Below are positions 1 to 9,900 of a stretch of DNA of 64,000 nt, one piece after another (position 1 is the first letter of the stretch; every line of letters begins with the position of its first letter). The notes beneath the pieces are model-generated. The model did not search any database. It was given only the letters and a program-made list of their open reading frames with translations, and was not told the DNA's origin. The position numbers were made by a program, and so were the translations under genes. This DNA is from Trueperaceae bacterium (GTDB lineage Bacteria; Deinococcota; Deinococci; Deinococcales; Trueperaceae), in the NCBI GenBank assembly GCA_965215565.1, contig CBDCDZ010000004.1, positions 800,001-864,000 of the forward strand, in the 5' to 3' direction.

Positions 1-689
1 TCATCCGAGGCTAAGAAGGCGACGATGTTGGCAATCTCCTCGGGTTTGCCGAAGCGCCCTACAGGGATTTGCTCCAAGATGCCCGCCGCCATCGCCTGCG
101 TTTGCACTTCGTCCATGCCGAGCTTGCCGAAAATGGGCGTTTCCACCGGACCAGGGCTCACCGCATTGACCCGAATATTGCGCTCTAAAAGCTCCGCCGA
201 GAGGGTGCGAATCAGGCTCGAGAGGGCCGCTTTGCTAGCGGCGTAAACCGTCGAGCCGGGCATCCCGATATGCGCGTTGATAGACGTGTTTAAGATAATG
301 GACGCACCGTCGTTGAGATAGGGCAACGCCTTTTGCACCGTGAAGTACGCGCCTTTGAAGTTCGTGTTCATGACTGTGTCGAAGTTTTCTTCGCTCATCT
401 CGCCTAGAGAATCGAAGATGACCAGCCCTGCGTTAATAAAGAGGATGTCGACCTTGCCGAAGGTACGTTCCGTTCGTTCGAAGAGACCGTCCAAATCATC
501 TAACTTGGTCACGTCTGCGCGTACGGCGAGCGTTTCGCCGCTTATTTGCTCCACACTCCTCGCCAACGCCTCCTCGTCTCGTCCTGAAATGACGACTTTC
601 GCACCTAAATCCGCCAATGTTTGCGCCGACGCCAGACCGATACCGCTGTTGCCCCCGGTGATGACGGCGACTTTATTCTGTAACTCCAT
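1..689 (-). CDS. SDR family oxidoreductase (3' end runs off the window)
   Basis: Read by eye on the minus strand from ATG at 689: MELQNKVAVITGGNSGIG (TGxxxGIG Rossmann motif), later NAG and YAASK (YxxxK). Not in the ORF track because it is truncated. Confidence 0.9.
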   Translation of the reverse strand, partial: MELQNKVAVITGGNSGIGLASAQTLADLGAKVVISGRDEEALARSVEQISGETLAVRADVTKLDDLDGLFERTERTFGKVDILFINAGLVIFDSLGEMSEENFDTVMNTNFKGAYFTVQKALPYLNDGASIILNTSINAHIGMPGSTVYAASKAALSSLIRTLSAELLERNIRVNAVSPGPVETPIFGKLGMDEVQTQAMAAGILEQIPVGRFGKPEEIANIVAFLASD

Positions 690-757
690 ATCCTTCTCCT
701 TACGTTTCTCTGAGGTGTAAAAACTGAGTGACGACTGGGGGTGAGTGTTCTAATTTA

Positions 758-773
758 TGTACTTTCAAGTACA
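758..773. promoter_or_regulatory. Putative TetR operator upstream of the SDR gene
   Basis: TGTAC-N6-GTACA palindrome, same core as the one upstream of the TetR gene. Confidence 0.55.
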
Positions 774-793
774 AAACTTCCAAATAAAAAAGT

Positions 794-1369
794 TTAGTCC
801 AAGACGGACAGGGCGAGTTGGGCGATGGTTTCTAATTCCGCCTGGCGGTCGCCCGCTTTGGCACGTAGTTGTAGCCCTGCAACGGCGCTGTAAAGATAGA
901 GCGCTAAGGCTTCGGGGTCTTTGTCCGAAAGCTCCCCCTTTCGTTGCGCGTCGGCTAGAAAGGCGGTAAAAGCGCGTTTAGACGCGGCGTCGGTCTCCTT
1001 GACAAACGCGGCAACATCCTCGCTAGTCGCGCACGTTTGGACGGTGCTATTGACGATCATGCAGCCAGCGCAGCAGCCTTCGGTGGCTTCGGCGATAAGG
1101 TCATCAAAGATACGCGCGAAGCCCGCTTTGACGTTGGGCGCACGCCCTAGTGCCGCTAACATCTTGCCGCTATACAGTTCGCGGTAGCGTGCTAACGCCT
1201 CCATGTAAAGGGCGTGCTTATCGCCGAAAGCGTTGTACAAACTTGGTCGGTTGATGCCCATCGCTTGGGTCAGGTCGTCTAAAAAGGTCGCCTCGTAGCC
1301 CTTTTGCCAAAAGACCAGCATCGCCTTATCCAGCGCTTCACTGCGGTCAAACTTGCGCGGTCTCGCCAC
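794..1369 (-). CDS. TetR/AcrR family transcriptional regulator
   Basis: MARPRKFD...FWQKGYEAT...GINRPSLYNAFGDK N-terminal TetR HTH. Confidence 0.93.
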   Translation of the reverse strand: MARPRKFDRSEALDKAMLVFWQKGYEATFLDDLTQAMGINRPSLYNAFGDKHALYMEALARYRELYSGKMLAALGRAPNVKAGFARIFDDLIAEATEGCCAGCMIVNSTVQTCATSEDVAAFVKETDAASKRAFTAFLADAQRKGELSDKDPEALALYLYSAVAGLQLRAKAGDRQAELETIAQLALSVLD

Positions 1370-1399
1370 GGTTCACCTCCTCTCTTAAATGGACTATAG

Positions 1400-1427
1400 A
1401 GGTTATGTACTAGCAAGTACATAACCT
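1400..1427. promoter_or_regulatory. Putative TetR autoregulatory operator
   Basis: Palindrome AGGTTATGTAC-TAGCAA-GTACATAACCT about 30 bp upstream of the TetR start. Confidence 0.6.
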
Positions 1428-1495
1428 AGCTTACATAAGATTGAGGTTATGCGCCCGAGAAGTTTGTGGGAGGAAGGCTCGAGGATTTGCTAAAG

Positions 1496-1615
1496 AAGCA
1501 ATGAGGAACGAGCAATCCAGTTGAGCTGGTTACGTAGTCTCCCGAAGGGAACGAACAGTGAGCAATGAGTAAAACCCTTTAGACTCATTGCTCGGAACTC
1601 ATTACTCATTGCTCG
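1496..1615. repeat. Heptamer (AGCAATG-like) palindromic intergenic repeat
   Basis: AGCAATGAGT..TTTAGACTCATTGCTC core; related copies at about 44707-44767 and 51909-51978. Confidence 0.6.
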
Positions 1616-1760
1616 AGTCTCCCCATAAATCCCAAATCCGCAGAGAAATCGAGCCTACGCAAAGCTGCCAAATGTGAAGAAATTACGAACGCATTCTCAG
1701 CTTGGCTTTAGCCTTTGGGTGAGGCAGGCGTGTTAGACTCTTCTCTGTTTGGCGTGAGTA

Positions 1761-1836
1761 GCAGGTATCATCTGGTCATAAACGCTCTCACAATAGTAAG
1801 CACGACTCAACGTTCACATTCAGAGATGATACCTGC
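1761..1836. repeat. Small inverted-repeat (MITE-like) element, copy A
   Basis: Perfect 13-bp TIR GCAGGTATCATCT...AGATGATACCTGC; related copies at 4332, 4495, 6387 and 42812. Confidence 0.65.
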
Positions 1837-1892
1837 GATACTTTATCTCGGCATACTGGAGCGTTTTTAGCGGTTGAGTCTCTAAGAAGAAG

Positions 1893-1966
1893 TGCGCCCG
1901 GCAGGATTCGAACCTGCGACCTTTCGCTCCGGAGGCGAACGCTCTATCCGGCTGAGCTACGGGCGC
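1893..1966 (-). tRNA. tRNA-Arg (anticodon CCG), CCA not encoded
   Basis: Reverse complement reads GCGCCCGTAGCTCAGCCGGATAGAGCGTTCGCCTCCGGAGCGAAAGGTCGCAGGTTCGAATCCTGCCGGGCGCA, with acceptor stem, D arm, CTCCGGA loop and GGTTCGAATCC T arm. Confidence 0.96.
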
Positions 1967-1970
1967 ATGT

Positions 1971-2119
1971 GCTAGAGGTGGCATCTGTAGTGCGTGCTAG
2001 AGGTAGCATCTATAGTCTACTGCTACACACAACTTTAAGGTTATCATCTTTAGCGCAAAGGCGCTAGAGGTAGCATCTTGTAGAAGACGCTAGAGGTAGC
2101 ATCTTGTAGAAGACGCTAG
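1971..2119 (+). repeat. Four direct repeats of GCTAGAGGTRGCATCT
   Basis: Copies at 1971, 1996, 2063 and 2089; the last two form an exact 26-bp tandem. Confidence 0.8.
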
Positions 2120-2143
2120 TATTTTTAGGAGGACGACAAGAGG

Positions 2144-4204
2144 ATGAAGTTAAGTAAGAGAACCAACGCCATTATCTTATGGATTATTTCGATCGGGCTG
2201 CTCGTCAGTATGGTCATCGCCTTTACGCCGGGGACGTTTTTCGGTGGCAACCAGGGACCGAGCGACGGCGGCACCGCTTTAGAGGTCAACGGGCAACCGA
2301 TCAGCGAACTCGAGCTTTCCCGCGTGCAACAAAACCCGCCCTTTAACGCGGTGCAAGAGGGACCCGTCGCCGAGGACTTGGAGCGGCTCGCCTTCGATCA
2401 GCTCATTCAAAACGAGGTGCTGCGCCAAGCGGCGGCGGACGTGAACGTGTCGCGGGGCGAGGTGAGAGCCGAGGTCAACGAGTTTCGTGAGGCGCGCGGC
2501 GTGGCGGGCTCCAATAACGACCGCGCCTACCAAAACCTCCTCGGCGGCGCAGGCTACACCGACGCGACGTTTCGCGACCTCATCCGGCAGCAGCTCAAGC
2601 AGGAGAAATATTTAGAGCGTTTAGTCGAAGACACCCAAGTCACAGACGAAGAGGTGCAGACCTTCTTCGCGGCGAACCGGGGCGCTTACACCACCGATCC
2701 GCAGATCACGGCGCGCGAGATTGTCGTTACGGATGAAACGCTCGCGAACACCCTTTACGCACGGGCGCGTGCGGGCGAAGACTTCGCGAGCTTGGCGCGG
2801 GAGTTTAGCGAAGAACGCGCCGAACAAGGTGGCGCGCTCGGCGCGGCGCAAGGCGAGTCGGAGCCGCGCCCCGTCGGACGTGTTGCGCTGCCGACGCCCG
2901 TCGCTGACGCTGCCTTTGGCTTGCAGGGTCCGGGCGTCACGCGCCCCGTGCAAGCGGGCGGCGCGTACCACATCGTCAAGGTTGAGCGCTTCACGTCGCC
3001 CGAGCAGCAACCCTTCGAAGAGGTGCAGGAGCGCGTGCGCGAAGACGCGCAGCTCGCGAAGGAGGCGGGCGTCCAGGCGCAGGCCTTGGAGACTCTACAA
3101 AACGAAGCGAACATCGAGCCGAGCGGCTCGTACAGCTACGACAATCCACCTGTCGCTTACGTCGGCGAGGACGAGATTCGCGCAACCGCGTTAGCGGAGG
3201 AAACCTACCTCAACCAGCAGGTGCAGGGATTTTTGAACCCGAACAGCGCCGACATCATCCTGAATTTCTTTAAGCCCACTGTTCTAGAGCAGCTCATCGA
3301 GCGCGAACTCGCAGCGCAGGGTGCGGCCGCCTTGGATGGTAACTTCGTCGGACCACCCGCAGGCGTGGCGCAGAGCGCGCTGAGCTTCGTGAGCAGAGAC
3401 GCCGAGGTGACAGACACGCAGATTAGGGAATACTACGACGCCAATTTAGGACGTTTCACCGAAAGCGCGGTAGCGGTGGCGACGCGGGTGAACTTCTCCG
3501 ACGAAGCTTCGGCGCAGAACTTTCGTCAAGCGCTCTTGGAAAACGAGAACGTGGACCGTGACGCTATAGACGTCGCGGCAGACGCAGCAAACGGTGAGGT
3601 GGTCCGCCTCGGACCGGTCTCGCCCGGTGAGACGGAAGAGGTAGTGGACCAGGCGCTGTTCAACTTCGAGTCGGGCGACTTCGCGGCGCTCAACGCCGAA
3701 AGCGAGACCGAAGTCTCGAGCGTCCTCACGCTCGCCCAGCCCACCGATACTCAAACGGGTGGCGCAGGGACAGGGGGCGCAGAGACAGGCGGCGCGGGGA
3801 CAGGCGCTGAGACGGGTGGCGCTCTCGGTGTTTCACAGACCTACGTCGTGCTCGTCGCGACGCGCATCCCCGAGCGCGTGCGCCCCTTAGAGGAGGTGCG
3901 CCCGCAAGCCCGCGACGCGGTGCTCGCCAACCAACGCGAGGAGCTGCGCCAAACGTGGCTGAGCGGTCTGCGCGAAGAGATCACCGTCGAGAACCTGCTC
4001 GTATCCGCGCAAGGCGAAGCTACAGGTGGCGCGAGCCCCGAGGCTGGTGGCGAAGCTACAGGCGAAAGTGAAGCTACGGGCGAAAGCGCTGATGGTGCCG
4101 AAGGAAATACAGAAGGGCTAGAGGAGCAAGTTGACGTTCCCAACGACACCGAACTCGTGCCCGCTGAAGAGGGCGTGCAGGAAGCGCCACAAGAAGGGCA
4201 GTAA
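2144..4204 (+). CDS. SurA/PrsA-like PpiC-type peptidyl-prolyl isomerase (membrane-anchored foldase)
   Basis: N-terminal TM, SurA_N-like VNGQPI, rotamase motif GEDFASLAREFSEE...GGALG, duplicated architecture, acidic tail; AGGAGG RBS. Confidence 0.85.
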   Translation: MKLSKRTNAIILWIISIGLLVSMVIAFTPGTFFGGNQGPSDGGTALEVNGQPISELELSRVQQNPPFNAVQEGPVAEDLERLAFDQLIQNEVLRQAAADVNVSRGEVRAEVNEFREARGVAGSNNDRAYQNLLGGAGYTDATFRDLIRQQLKQEKYLERLVEDTQVTDEEVQTFFAANRGAYTTDPQITAREIVVTDETLANTLYARARAGEDFASLAREFSEERAEQGGALGAAQGESEPRPVGRVALPTPVADAAFGLQGPGVTRPVQAGGAYHIVKVERFTSPEQQPFEEVQERVREDAQLAKEAGVQAQALETLQNEANIEPSGSYSYDNPPVAYVGEDEIRATALAEETYLNQQVQGFLNPNSADIILNFFKPTVLEQLIERELAAQGAAALDGNFVGPPAGVAQSALSFVSRDAEVTDTQIREYYDANLGRFTESAVAVATRVNFSDEASAQNFRQALLENENVDRDAIDVAADAANGEVVRLGPVSPGETEEVVDQALFNFESGDFAALNAESETEVSSVLTLAQPTDTQTGGAGTGGAETGGAGTGAETGGALGVSQTYVVLVATRIPERVRPLEEVRPQARDAVLANQREELRQTWLSGLREEITVENLLVSAQGEATGGASPEAGGEATGESEATGESADGAEGNTEGLEEQVDVPNDTELVPAEEGVQEAPQEGQ

Positions 4205-4215
4205 CCTTCCCAGTG

Positions 4216-4253
4216 AAGACCACCCCTCGAGCTAACTAGAGGGGTTCTTCTTT
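4216..4253 (+). terminator. Probable intrinsic terminator
   Basis: GAAGACCACCCCTC...GAGGGGTTCTTC stem followed by TTT right after the foldase stop. Confidence 0.55.
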
Positions 4254-4331
4254 GGCGTAGCGGTTTAGCATAGGTGTTGAGTCGGAACAGCGAAATTATC
4301 GCTGCTAGGTATAGCAGTTCCAAGACATATA

Positions 4332-4405
4332 GCAAGTATCATTTGGTTTGAGACGCTCACGATGTAGAACACCGTGCAGCACGCACACTTGAGAATGATA
4401 CTTGC
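4332..4405. repeat. MITE-like element, copy B
   Basis: TIR GCAAGTATCATT...AATGATACTTGC; internally similar to 6387-6462. Confidence 0.65.
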
Positions 4406-4494
4406 GCTATTCCAATCAATACTTATGTTAATTGCTATACTGAGGCAAAGTGCCGCTTTCTGAAAGCCCGCAGGGACGTAGTTTTCGCTCCGCG

Positions 4495-4659
4495 AAGGGC
4501 ATCATCACCGAACGTGCGTGCTAATCACGCAGTTTGCTGCCTAGCAACGTCGCTTCGGACGGTAAGAGTATTGCTTCGCTTACGAAGTTTCCCTTTCGCA
4601 GACGCGAAAACGGTGTAACCGGGAACAACTTCGTACACTCAAACCAGATGAAATCCCGC
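4495..4659 (-). repeat. MITE-like element, long form, copy D
   Basis: Reverse complement aligns by eye with 42812-42933 (TCATCTGGTTTGAGTGTACG...GTTGCTAGGCAGCAAAC...TAGCACG...TTCGG). Confidence 0.65.
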
Positions 4660-4785
4660 TAGGCTTTGCCTGAGACCTGCTAGTAGTAGTGGAACTTTAT
4701 CCCCTGACGTTCATGAAGGCTTGTTTTCTCAAGCAAGCGTGTTGGTAACCAGATGCTACCTGCTTTCCTGGGTTACATTGCCCCT

Positions 4786-6300
4786 ATGCCAAGAGCACTC
4801 CTCAGCGTATCGGACAAAACGGGCCTGGAAACTTTCGCCCAAAACCTCTTAGACGCGGGCTTTGACCTCATCTCGACGGGCGGCACCTTTCGCACTTTAC
4901 GAGCGGCTGGCTTAGCGGTTCAGCAAGTTTCCGACGTGACGGGCTCGCCCGAGATTTTAGAGGGACGGGTCAAGACGCTGCACCCCAAAATCCACGGTGG
5001 CATCCTCGCTAAGCGGAACGCTGAGCATTCCAAAGAACTGGAAGAACAAGGCATCGAGCCAATCGATCTAGTCGCCGTCAACCTCTACCCCTTCCGCGAA
5101 ACGGTGGCACAAGAGGTTGACCTAGAAACGGCTTTAGAGAATATTGACATCGGCGGACCGACGATGCTCCGCGCGGCGGCGAAGAACTTTCCGCGCGTTT
5201 TAGTCGTGAGCGACCCGGCGGATTATGGGCGCGTGGCTGAGGCGCTTAGGGAGGGTGCGGATGAGGCGTTGCGGCTCGAGCTAGCCCGTAAAGCATTCGC
5301 CCACACCGCCGCGTACGACGCGGCGATCATCCGATATTTAGGCGACCAGATGGACGGTCACTGGACGGACGAGACCGCTTTAGAACTCCACAAGGTGCGC
5401 AGTCTGCGCTACGGCGAAAACCCCCACCAACGCGCCGCCTTGTGGCGACTCGGCAGCGAAAGGGGTCCGGTTCTTGACGCGGAGGTGCTGCACGGAAAGG
5501 AAATGTCCTTTAACAACTACAGCGACGCGGAAGCCGCTTGGAACCTGCTCAGCGAACTGCCTACCCCTGCCGCCGTTGCCGTCAAACACGCTAACCCCTG
5601 CGGCGTGGGAGTGGCGGACGAACTTTTGGACGCCTACAAGAGGGCGCACGCCGCCGACCCCGTGAGCATCTTCGGCGGCATTGTGGCGGTCAATGAGACC
5701 GTGACGGAGGCGCTAGCGGACGAACTCGCCAAAACATTCCTGGAGATCATCCTTGCACCCGACTACGAGGCTGCGGCTTTAGAGCGGTTGCAGCGCAAGA
5801 AAAACCTGCGACTACTTAAAGTGACGACGCCTGCGACTTCTAGGGGACGCGACATCCGCAGTCTGCGCGGTGGGCTGTTGGTGCAGGATTTGGATGAAGG
5901 AACCCTAAATGACGCCGACCTGCACGTCGTCACGAAGCGTGAGCCTTCCGAGGCGCAGTGGCGCGACCTCCGCTTCGCCTGGACGGTCTGCAAGCACGTC
6001 AAGTCGAACGCCATTGTGCTGGCGAAAGAGGGCGTTACGGCGGGCATCGGCGCGGGGCAGGTCTCGAGGATTTGGGCGGCGGAGGGCGCGGTAGCGAGAG
6101 CCGGTGAAGCGGTGAAGGGCTCCGTGATGGCGAGCGACGCTTTTTTCCCTTTCGACGACGTGGTGAGGATGGCGGCGGACGCGGGCGTGGCGGCGGTCAT
6201 TCAGCCCGGCGGCTCGGTCCGTGACGAAGAGGTCATCGCGGCGGCGGACGAGCTGGGTGTGGCGATGGTCTTGACGGGGATGCGGCACTTTAAGCACTAG
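4786..6300 (+). CDS. purH: Bifunctional AICAR transformylase/IMP cyclohydrolase
   Basis: [58 protein letters not shown]. Confidence 0.98.
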   Translation: MPRALLSVSDKTGLETFAQNLLDAGFDLISTGGTFRTLRAAGLAVQQVSDVTGSPEILEGRVKTLHPKIHGGILAKRNAEHSKELEEQGIEPIDLVAVNLYPFRETVAQEVDLETALENIDIGGPTMLRAAAKNFPRVLVVSDPADYGRVAEALREGADEALRLELARKAFAHTAAYDAAIIRYLGDQMDGHWTDETALELHKVRSLRYGENPHQRAALWRLGSERGPVLDAEVLHGKEMSFNNYSDAEAAWNLLSELPTPAAVAVKHANPCGVGVADELLDAYKRAHAADPVSIFGGIVAVNETVTEALADELAKTFLEIILAPDYEAAALERLQRKKNLRLLKVTTPATSRGRDIRSLRGGLLVQDLDEGTLNDADLHVVTKREPSEAQWRDLRFAWTVCKHVKSNAIVLAKEGVTAGIGAGQVSRIWAAEGAVARAGEAVKGSVMASDAFFPFDDVVRMAADAGVAAVIQPGGSVRDEEVIAAADELGVAMVLTGMRHFKH

Positions 6301-6386
6301 GCGTTCGTTGCAAGCAAAGCTCACGACCGTGCCGCAGACTCAACCGTTCTGCCGGGTGAATTTGGATGCCCTCTTGAGAGAATATA

Positions 6387-6462
6387 GCAAATATCATTTG
6401 GTTTGAGCCAGTCTCACGTTAGAGAACTTGGGCGAACACGCACATTCTTAAATGATGCTTGC
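6387..6462. repeat. MITE-like element, copy C
   Basis: GCAAATATCATTTGGTTTGAG...AAATGATGCTTGCGCTATTCCAAT, direct homolog of copy B; the two flank purH. Confidence 0.65.
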
Positions 6463-6744
6463 GCTATTCCAATTCAGTACTTCTGTGAACTGCTTTAGTT
6501 TAGAACTCGAGACGCCTCTACGACCTCTTTTATTGAACTGTCCAGCAAGCTTCTAAATCTGGCAAAATTCTGTGTGAATTTTGCCACACTTTTACCTCTC
6601 TAAACGCTTCGCGAATGTCTTGCAGACCTCTTTCTGCCGACTCCATCTTTAAGGTATAGTCCTCTATCCCCAAGTTAAAAGCTCGTCATGGACGTTGCTT
6701 CTCTTCAACTATCTATACTACTGATTGTACCTCTTGCTCATTAG

Positions 6745-6891
6745 GCACATCATGTGGTACGTTTTGCGAACACAATCGTGTATGAACTTTTCGTGCTCGA
6801 GACTTGACGTCGCACATCAGACGCATTAAGATGTTTTTGTGTAAGTGCAACAATGTGTGTAATTGGCTCGTAGCCATACAAGATGTAGTCA
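6745..6891 (+). promoter_or_regulatory. Putative NrdR boxes upstream of nrdJ
   Basis: ATACAAGATGTAGTCA (6876-6891) fits acaCwAtATaTwGtg; weaker matches at 6845 (31 bp upstream) and 6745. Confidence 0.5.
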
Positions 6892-6924
6892 GAAGCCGCC
6901 CCACTCGCTCCCCGGAGGACCCTC

Positions 6925-9900
6925 ATGGATAAGCCCGCATCTGCACGCCCCTTAAACTTCGACGACCACGCCGTCGCCATCGCCAAACGGCAGTACTTCC
7001 AACCGGGGGACGAGGGCTTAGAGGGTCTCTTCGGGCGTGTCGCGTCGTGGGTGGCGAGCCCAGAAGGTACGAAGTTTTCTGAAGGAAAGGGTGAGAATCA
7101 AGCGCACTACGAGGGTGCATTTTACGACCTCATGGCGTCGAAGCGCTTCTGCCCCGGCGGGCGCGTCTTAGCGGGCGCGAACACGAGCCACGGCAACGTG
7201 CTCAACTGTTTCGTGCAAGACGGCAGCCCCGAAGCGCCCGGCACGGACGCCTGGGTGCTCGGTCTCGCGACGAAATTGGCGCTCGTCACCAAAGTCGGCG
7301 GCGGCAACGGGCTCTGCTTGGACCCCTTGAAGCCTAAGCGTCCTTACACCCAAGCGGTGGGCAACCTCTTCGTTACGGTGTCGTCTTCGCACCCTGACTA
7401 CGCCAAGGTCAAGTCGGGAACGTACATGGACCTCGTGCACGGCAAATATGTAACGAAGGGGTACCGGTACGCGGAGTTTCTCGAGCTAGACGACGTGGAC
7501 GCTGGGATGAATGTGCGAGAGGTGGGCGACTCCGTCGAGAGCATCTGGCAGGGCGCAGGTGAGATGATTCAGACGCTCCTCCGCGGCGAAGATGTGGTTT
7601 TGGACCTCTCCCGTTTGCGCTCGGAAGGGACGCCCGTCAAGGGCTCGGGCGGCACGAGCAGTGGACCTTCATCCTTTGCCGTCGAGGTTTTCGACAACTT
7701 CGCGTACTGGGCGTCGTTGGGCGGGGCGGAGTACGCGGGGCCGATTGCGACGCTGCGCTATATCTTCGCACCGACTTTGCGCGTCATTCGGCAAGGCGGC
7801 TGCTTGCACCCCGACACGCTCGTGCATACAAGTCGGGGCACGCTTCGCCTGAGCGAACTCGTGGATTCTTACCAGTATGGTTGGCAAGACCACGCCCTCA
7901 AAGTCGCCACCGATGAGGGTTGGAAAGACAGCCCGAGAGGGTTCAATAACGGCAACGCGGAGACGCTCAAAGTCACGCTCGGCAACGGTCAAGAGATTCA
8001 GGGTACGTCCAACCACAAGCTCAAGGTGATGTGCGAAAATGGCGAGCGGCAGTGGGTGAAGCTGGAAGATTTACGCGAGGGTGACTTCGTGATTCAGGTG
8101 CTCGACCAGCATACGGGGACGAGCGTCACGCTGTCGTCCGTGGAGGCGTCTACGCTCCATCACAACGCCAAACGCATCACCACGCCTGAAACGCTGAACG
8201 AGCGCTTGGCGTTTTTCCTCGGCTATCTCTGGGGTGACGGGTTCGTAAGCGGGAACCGCGTGGGCTTCGCTGTCTCCCACAACTCACCGATGATAGAGGA
8301 GACGCCCAAGCTCTTTGCCGAGCTGTTCGGACTAGAGGTCAGGCTCGAGCAAAAAGAGAATGACAAGAGTGCCATTTTTGTTGCGAGTAGCGCGGCGCTC
8401 GTCCAGTGGTTAGAGAGAAATGGCTTGGTGAAAGGGAGAGCGAAAGACCTGGTCCTGCCCCGCGCGATTCGCCAAGCGCCGAGACCTGTTCTAGGCGCGT
8501 TTCTGCGGGGGCTCTTCGAGGCAGATGGAACCGTAACAGTCGGTTATCCAACGCTCGCGAGCGCTTCTAAACAGCTTGTGCAAGAGGTGGCGGTGATGCT
8601 GGGTGGCCTGGGAATTCCTACCACGCTAAGAGGTGTCGCCGCTCGCACTGACCGCTACTCTAAGGGTCCTTACTACCACGTCAAAGTCGTGAGCGCGAAA
8701 GGACACAAGCGCTTTTTAGGGCGTATCGGTATGATGGCAGGCTCGCGCTTTGAAGCGCTCAAAGCTTTCCAGCCAAATACCGCTAGGGAATCATCCTGGG
8801 CGCTGCCCCATGCGAGTGCGCTGTTGCAAGGGGCGTTTGACGCTCTGCCCGCAGGCGTAAAAGGGCGTCCTTCACCCTATACGCAGGCGCGTAAAACGCT
8901 GTCACGTTATATACGCGGCGAGCGCCAACTCACCGCTACGGGATTTGAGCGGCTGGAGCAAGATACGCTCATTGCGGACAAACTTCCCGAGTTTGCCTTT
9001 GACGAGTTTTACACGCCGGTCAAATCCATCCAAATAGGTGGGCGCATCCTTACACTCGACCTTTCGGTAGACGAAAACAGGACGTACTTAGCCAATGGAA
9101 TGGTCAGCCACAACACGCGGCGTGGCGCTGGGATGGCGACGATGTCCGCCACGCATCCCGACATCCAGGACTTTGTCACCTGTAAGGATTTAGCTCGAGA
9201 AGAGGCTGAGGGCGACATCTCGACTTTTAATATCTCGGTTTTAGTCACCGATGACTTCATGAGGCGCTCGAAAGGTAGAAGTGGCGGCACTTTACACGAT
9301 GTCGCCGAGCACGCTTGGCAAACAGGTGAGCCGGGGCTTATCTTCATCGACCGCATCAACGAATTTAATCCGGTGCGGGAGAGCTTGGGGGATATTAAGG
9401 CGACCAATCCGTGCGGCGAAATCCCCCTCTTCCCCGGCGAACCCTGCGACTTGGGCGCGATCAACTTGGCTCAATACGTCGAGACACCCAGCCAGGGCAC
9501 GAACGGCTTTAACTGGACGGACTTCCGTCAAGACGTCAAAACTTGCATCCGCTTTTTGGATAACGTCTTGGAGGTCAATAAGTTCGCCCTGGAGGACAAC
9601 CGTACCATGAGCATGAAGCTGCGCCGCTTGGGACTGGGCGTGATGGGCTTGGCGGACGCGCTCATCAAGATGGGGCTCACCTACAACTCGCAGGCAGGGC
9701 GTGACGCGGTAAAAGAGGTCATCACCGAGCTGCGTGAGAACGCTACGGCTGCCAGCCAAGAACTCGCCGAAGAGCGCGGCGTTTTCCCGGGCCTCGCTTC
9801 AAGCAGCGTGGCGGAGCCGCGCCGCAACATTGCCCTGTTGACGGTTGCGCCAACCGGCACGACAAGTATGCTCATGGGCGTCTCCTCGGGCGTCGAGCCG

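Noticed and set aside
1893..1966. tRNA as integration site of an island
   Set aside because: No duplicated tRNA 3' end and no adjacent integrase in the window.
1971..2119. Mini CRISPR array
   Set aside because: Repeats are only 16 bp, spacers are about 10 bp or identical, and no cas genes are nearby.
4440..4785. ZMP/ZTP (pfl) or purine riboswitch before purH
   Set aside because: I could not find the conserved aptamer motifs; the structure here is explained by the dispersed inverted-repeat family.
6500..6924. Cobalamin riboswitch before nrdJ
   Set aside because: No recognisable B12-box motifs; NrdR-like boxes fit better.
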